A stretch of 64,000 nucleotides of DNA, taken from positions 69,969 to 133,968 of the forward strand of contig NVUH01000005.1 of NCBI GenBank assembly GCA_002401855.1, written 5' to 3'. The position numbers and the translations under genes were made by a program. The notes beneath the pieces are model-generated. The model did no database searches, had not been told where the DNA came from, and was given only the letters and a program-made list of their open reading frames with translations. Of this stretch, positions 59,169 to 64,000 are shown in pieces. Numbering within the stretch: position 1 is the stretch's first letter; each line of letters begins with the position of its first letter. The stretch comes from Hyphomicrobiales bacterium. Its GTDB lineage: Bacteria > Pseudomonadota > Alphaproteobacteria > Rhizobiales > OSC116.

Positions 59169-61847
59169 TTATGTTTGTTCTAGAAATGAAGCGACGACTT
59201 TTTTGCGTCCTGCTTCATCAAAATCGACTTCGACACGGCTGCCATCGGTGGCCAATACAAAGCCTAAGCCGAATTTTGTGTGATAAACCCGCTCGCCTGT
59301 GTAGAAATTATTTTCTATTTTGTGCGATTTCTGGGCGGTTTTATACTGTTGGTATCCCGTTGATTTTTGGGCTTTTTGGGCGCGTTGCCAACCTGGGGTT
59401 TGGAAACTGTCTTTGGTTTCTATATCTTCATTATCAAAATAGTTGCCAGACGGGGCGGCATAATTGCCATATTGAGTGTTGTTTTGTTCAATTTGTGCGG
59501 TTTCGACGGGGATTTCGTCAATGAAGCGCGAGGGCAAATTATTTTGCCATTGGCCGTGCACTTGGCGGTTGGCGGTAAAGCTGACCCAGCAATATTTTTT
59601 GGCGCGGGTGATGCCGACGTATGCCAGACGGCGTTCTTCTTCCAAGCCTGCCTGGCCTGATTCGTCTAACGCGCGTTGATGGGGAAATTGGCCTTCTTCC
59701 CATGCGGGTAGGAATACATACTCAAATTCTAAGCCTTTGACTGCATGTAGGGTCATTAGGCTGACCATTTCGGAATTGTATTTTTGCTCGTCAACATCCA
59801 TCACCAAACTGATATGTTCTAGAAATTCGCCTAATGAGGAAAATTGGCCAATTTGGCCGACTAATTCTTGTAGGTTTTCTAGTCTGCCAGGGGCATCGGC
59901 GGTGGTGGCTTCTTTCCACATATTGTTATAGCCGCTTTCTTCGAATATTAGTTTGGCTAATTCTGGGTGTGGCATTTCGGTGATGAGGCCTTGCCAGCGC
60001 TTAAAATTATCCATTAAGGTTTTAAGCTCATTTTTGGTTTTGCCTGCTAGTGGTTCATTGGCGGTTAAATCTTGAGCGGCGCTGTAGAGATTCATGGCTT
60101 TATTGTCGGCATATAGCTTGAATTGTTCAATCTCTTTGGGTTTTAATTTATGTTTGGGGTGAACCAATTCAGCATCGAAACTTAGGTTTTTATCCATGCC
60201 ATAAGGTAGGGCGAGGATTACTTTTTTGATTTTGCGGCGTAGAGCTGCGGGGAAATCATCGTCCTTGGTCATTTCGGCGGCGGCGCGGTATAGGGAAATG
60301 TTATTCATGCGGGCATAATGTTGCATTTTGGCTAATGATGATGCGCCAATGCCGCGTTTTGGCACGTTGATGATGCGCGAGAATTTAATGTCATTGTCGG
60401 CATTTTGCACCAATGATAGGTAGGCGATCGCGTCTCTGATCTCTGCGCGTTCGTAGAATTTGGGGCCGCCGACTAAGCGGTAAGGGATGCCTAAAATTGA
60501 CAGTCGATCTTCAAAGCTTCGCATCAATGCTGAGGTGCGCATTAAGATGGCAATCTCGTTGAGGTTGGCGCCTTCGTGTCTGAAATCTTCGATTTTTTCG
60601 CAGATGCTTTTGGCTTCTTCATCGCCATCCCAGACTGATTTGACGATTAGCTTATTGCCATCTTCGCTGTTGCAATAAAGGGTTTTGCCCAAGCGGTCGG
60701 TATTGTGAGCGATTACGCCAGATGCGGCGGCTAGGATGTGGCCTGTTGAGCGGTAATTTTGCTCTAACCGTACGGTTTTGGCGCCTTTGAAATCTTTTTC
60801 GAAGCGTAAGATGTTTTCGACTTCGGCACCGCGCCAACCATAGATAGACTGGTCGTCATCACCCACACAACAAACATTCTGTGGGCTGTCTTTGCCATTG
60901 CCTGCGAGGAGGCGCAGCCATAAATATTGTACGACATTGGTATCTTGATATTCGTCGATGAGGATATATTTAAAGCGGTCTTGATAGATTTTTAGAACAT
61001 CAGCATTTTCTTGGAATAGGCGTAAACATTCAATCAACATGTCGCCAAAATCGGCGGCATTGGCGATTTTTAAACGGTCTTGATAGGTTTGGTAAAGTGC
61101 GATGCCCTTGCCATCGGCGTAATCATGCGCTTCATTGGCTGGCACTTGGTTGGGTTGTAAGCCGCGGTTTTTCCAATTGTCTATGGCATTGGCTAATGCG
61201 CGGGCTGGCCATTTTTTTTCATCGACATTTTCGGCTCTTATGATGGTTTTGAGCAATCTAATTTGGTCATCTGGGTCGAGAATCGTGAAATCTGAACGCA
61301 GGCCGACAAGCTCGGCGTGGCGGCGTAATATTTTGGCGGTCACGGCATGGAAAGTGCCGAGCCATTGCATGCCTTCGACTGCGTCGCCAATTTGCAGACC
61401 TATGCGTTGGCGCATTTCGCGTGCCGCTTTGTTGGTGAATGTCACCACTAGCATTTGGCTCGGCCATGCTTTGCGCAGGGCTAAGATATGGGTGATGCGG
61501 GTGGTGAGAACGCGGGTTTTACCTGTGCCTGCGCCCGCTAATACGAGCAAGGGGCCATCTATGCATTCAACGGCTTCTTTTTGGGCTTCGTTTAGCCCTG
61601 CCATATAGTCGCCGTCAATTTCGTTGCTCGGGCTGGGTTTGGCTTGGTGGTTGGCGGCTTGTTGTGCCATTTGCGTGAGGCTCATGGTGGATGCATTTGG
61701 TTCAAAAATAGGTGGTTCATTATCGGCTGCAAATAAATCTTCTTTAGGCACGGCTTTGCCGCCTTCAAACCGTGGAAACGGGTCAAAATCATCCAGATCA
61801 AATGGATCGATATTTTCAGAATCACTCATTGTATTTTCGCCACACAT
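59169..61847 (-). CDS. uvrD: ATP-dependent DNA helicase, UvrD/PcrA/Rep family
   Basis: Walker A AGAGTGKTRVL, DEYQDTN, SF1 motifs through VGITRAK. C-terminal Tudor-like tail GERVYHTKFGLGFV. The start may be ATG 61829 (MSDSENID). Confidence 0.9.
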   Translation of the reverse strand: MCGENTMSDSENIDPFDLDDFDPFPRFEGGKAVPKEDLFAADNEPPIFEPNASTMSLTQMAQQAANHQAKPSPSNEIDGDYMAGLNEAQKEAVECIDGPLLVLAGAGTGKTRVLTTRITHILALRKAWPSQMLVVTFTNKAAREMRQRIGLQIGDAVEGMQWLGTFHAVTAKILRRHAELVGLRSDFTILDPDDQIRLLKTIIRAENVDEKKWPARALANAIDNWKNRGLQPNQVPANEAHDYADGKGIALYQTYQDRLKIANAADFGDMLIECLRLFQENADVLKIYQDRFKYILIDEYQDTNVVQYLWLRLLAGNGKDSPQNVCCVGDDDQSIYGWRGAEVENILRFEKDFKGAKTVRLEQNYRSTGHILAAASGVIAHNTDRLGKTLYCNSEDGNKLIVKSVWDGDEEAKSICEKIEDFRHEGANLNEIAILMRTSALMRSFEDRLSILGIPYRLVGGPKFYERAEIRDAIAYLSLVQNADNDIKFSRIINVPKRGIGASSLAKMQHYARMNNISLYRAAAEMTKDDDFPAALRRKIKKVILALPYGMDKNLSFDAELVHPKHKLKPKEIEQFKLYADNKAMNLYSAAQDLTANEPLAGKTKNELKTLMDNFKRWQGLITEMPHPELAKLIFEESGYNNMWKEATTADAPGRLENLQELVGQIGQFSSLGEFLEHISLVMDVDEQKYNSEMVSLMTLHAVKGLEFEYVFLPAWEEGQFPHQRALDESGQAGLEEERRLAYVGITRAKKYCWVSFTANRQVHGQWQNNLPSRFIDEIPVETAQIEQNNTQYGNYAAPSGNYFDNEDIETKDSFQTPGWQRAQKAQKSTGYQQYKTAQKSHKIENNFYTGERVYHTKFGLGFVLATDGSRVEVDFDEAGRKKVVASFLEQT

Positions 61848-61936
61848 ATTTTCGCCGCAAAGTATTTTTTGCCACTAAGTATTTTTCGCTACAAATTAAT
61901 GTTGTCAACATAACCATTTTTGCTCAGATTTAAAGC

Positions 61937-63577
61937 TTAATTATGCTCTTCAATATTGGTGGCAACCAACGCGTAATTATATATTTGCAGCGCCCGTACA
62001 TGTGATACGTAGCCGATGATGGTTTTCTCGCCAGTTTTTTGATGAGTTTCGATCACCGGCATTTTTTCACAATCGGTAAAAGCGCCAAATTTATTAATGG
62101 CATCTTCTAAGGTATTGTCGATGGTTAAAGTGTCGGTGATGGCAAATTTATCGGGGGTATAAGCGGTGGGCTCGCATCTATCAAGCAAATCTGTAACGGT
62201 GACATTGCGGGCGATTTGGCGGTGTGAGCCACGGTCGAGATAAATGCCTTTATTGGTAAGTTGCCAATGGAATATGCTTTGGCCTTGCACGGCTTGTGAT
62301 AGGCCAGTGGCGATGGAGACTGACAATAACAAGGCAATAGTGATGTGGTAATCGGCGGTTAGTTCAAACACGATTAAGACCGTTGATATGGGGGCGCCCA
62401 GCACTGCTGCTGTCACTGCGCCCATGCCGATGATGGCATAAACGCCTGTTTCGGATGCTAATTCGGGAATTGCCATGGATGCCATGAGGCCGAACGCGCC
62501 GCCCGTCATCGCGCCGATGTATAAAGCGGGCGAGAACACGCCGCCGACCAAGCGCGAGGCTAAAGTGACGGCCACGGCCACGGTTTTGGCAGCTAATAAC
62601 AAGAATAAAACTGCCAAGGTATAATCGCCTTGCAAGGCTTTGTTGGTGGCTTCATAGCCGATGCCGATAATTTCGGGCACAAAAAGTGACATAATGGCGA
62701 TGATAAAGCCGCCAATGGCAGGGCGGATGATGTCATGTATTTTGACCATTTGGGCGGCTTTATCAAATAGCCGTACGGTGGATTGAAAACCAACAGCGCT
62801 GATGGCGGCGACCACGCCCAATAAAGCAAAGGCGGGGAATTCCCAAAAAGACAATATGGTGTATTTGGCGATGGCAAAGCCCGGAAAATCGCCTAAATGA
62901 TGGCGCACAATTAAAGTGGCAACCACCGATGCGATGACGATGGGCACAAAGGCAGCCACGGCGAAATGGCCTAATACAACTTCGAGTGCAAATAGCACGC
63001 CAGCAATGGGGGCGTTAAAACTGGCGCTAACGGCTGCTGCCACGCCTGCACCAAATAATGAACGGCGTGATGAAGGCGGGATATTGATGAAATTTGCAAT
63101 GGCTGAAGCTAGTGACGCGCCAAAATGCACAATGGGGCCTTCGCGGCCAGCACTGCCACCCACGCCAAGGGTGAGGCCTGCGGCAATTATGTTGGCAAAA
63201 CCGCGTTTTAATGAGATGGAAGCCGTGCCTTCGGCGCGGGCGCCAATTACATCGGCGACGCCTTCGGGGCGTTTGGTGGGGGCAAAATAATAAACGATGA
63301 TTCCAACCAATAAACCGCCTAATGTTGGCACTAAAATGCGTAAATACAGGGGAACACTGGCTAGTTTATCGAAGAATATTTCGGAAGTTTCACCAATCCA
63401 TGCATATTGAATATACCCGATATATTTGCGAAAAATAATCGCCACATAAGCCACAGCGACGCCGATGATGACTGCAAATATCCACACCAAAGGTTGCTTT
63501 GTCGACCAAAAATGTGAAGCATTGGGTGCTAAATATTTTAAAATAAACTTGTGAATGTTGCGGGTTGGGTTGTTCAT
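61937..63577 (-). CDS. ClC-family voltage-gated chloride channel with C-terminal CBS region
   Basis: 546 aa. Selectivity motifs GSAGREGP, GVFSP/GAPI-type segments, ~10 TM helices. Confidence 0.85.
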   Translation of the reverse strand: MNNPTRNIHKFILKYLAPNASHFWSTKQPLVWIFAVIIGVAVAYVAIIFRKYIGYIQYAWIGETSEIFFDKLASVPLYLRILVPTLGGLLVGIIVYYFAPTKRPEGVADVIGARAEGTASISLKRGFANIIAAGLTLGVGGSAGREGPIVHFGASLASAIANFINIPPSSRRSLFGAGVAAAVSASFNAPIAGVLFALEVVLGHFAVAAFVPIVIASVVATLIVRHHLGDFPGFAIAKYTILSFWEFPAFALLGVVAAISAVGFQSTVRLFDKAAQMVKIHDIIRPAIGGFIIAIMSLFVPEIIGIGYEATNKALQGDYTLAVLFLLLAAKTVAVAVTLASRLVGGVFSPALYIGAMTGGAFGLMASMAIPELASETGVYAIIGMGAVTAAVLGAPISTVLIVFELTADYHITIALLLSVSIATGLSQAVQGQSIFHWQLTNKGIYLDRGSHRQIARNVTVTDLLDRCEPTAYTPDKFAITDTLTIDNTLEDAINKFGAFTDCEKMPVIETHQKTGEKTIIGYVSHVRALQIYNYALVATNIEEHN

Positions 63578-63709
63578 ATAAACGGCAATGGCTGTAATTT
63601 TATATTTAAATGTAAATTATTTTGTTTAAAATACAATAAGATTTGCCAAATTATGACATATGTCATTATAAATTCGGTATAAATGTTTAGTGTAGTTGGG
63701 GTGTGTGAA

Positions 63710-64000
63710 ATGACAATATTAAAATCTTATAATGATGAATATGGCGATGTGAATGCGGTTATTGAAGCGCTTGAGGTGTTGCTTGGCGATAAATTGGTGA
63801 CCTCTGCTGCGGTGCGTAAGCAACATGGTGGTGGTGAGTTGACTTATCATAAAGCCCAAAGCCCTGATGCAGTGGCTTTTGCCCAATCGACAGAACAAGT
63901 GGCTGAAATTGTTAAAATCTGTGCGCAGCATAAAGTGCCGATCGTTCCCTATGGTGCGGGCAGCTCGCTTGAAGGGCATATTGTGGCGCTTAAAGGCGGT
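63710..64000 (+). CDS. FAD-linked oxidase (GlcD/D-lactate dehydrogenase-like), 5' part only
   Basis: Manual translation from ATG 63710: MTILKSYNDEYGDV...AFAQSTEQVAEIVKICAQHKVPIVPYGAGSSLEGH (FAD-binding PCMH N-terminus). Runs off the right edge. Confidence 0.75.
   Translation, partial: MTILKSYNDEYGDVNAVIEALEVLLGDKLVTSAAVRKQHGGGELTYHKAQSPDAVAFAQSTEQVAEIVKICAQHKVPIVPYGAGSSLEGHIVALKGG

Overview
This 64-kb window looks like an alphaproteobacterial-type chromosome segment. The evidence is the gene order: dnaA-rpsT-mutM-ubiE-ubiB, ffs-dnaX-ybaB-recR and def-fmt, plus a membrane-anchored cytochrome c, a long-linker FtsZ and DUF1127 peptides. It starts inside dnaA and ends inside a GlcD-like FAD oxidase. 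I support about 64 protein genes, one SRP (4.5S) RNA, one methyltransferase pseudogene, several Rho-independent terminators and a few operator-like palindromes. I found no tRNA, rRNA, CRISPR array, transposase or integrase. Housekeeping genes: dnaA, rpsT, mutM, ubiE, ubiB, recR, ybaB, dnaX, pheA, rmuC, def, fmt, ftsK, ftsZ, bamD, recN, ligA, lepA, prmA, uvrD. They alternate with accessory blocks: a GntR regulator with two TadE-like genes; three ArsR-family clusters; GST, GNAT, EamA and TetR genes; and a LacI-controlled sugar ABC transporter. Two things stand out. (1) A high-copy family of large, mosaic, hairpin-forming intergenic repeats occupies 10 loci and, by eye, roughly 3 kb (about 5 percent) of the window. 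One copy is a ~600-bp near-perfect hairpin that fills the ubiB/recR convergent gap. The family shows compensatory changes in small internal stems, and no mobility gene is present. (2) Three tandem paralogous DUF1127 small-protein cassettes each carry a conserved upstream palindrome, a promoter-like box and a leader hairpin with compensatory substitutions. Lesser items: a completely cysteine-free Sir2 homologue; ftsZ outside any dcw cluster and bracketed by repeats; an AT-rich islet with orphan TadE-like genes; a two-domain 2OG oxygenase; and a frameshifted methyltransferase remnant. All coordinates and counts come from reading the sequence by eye. No database search was possible. The ORF track renders alternative start codons (TTG, GTG) as M, so I moved several starts inward.
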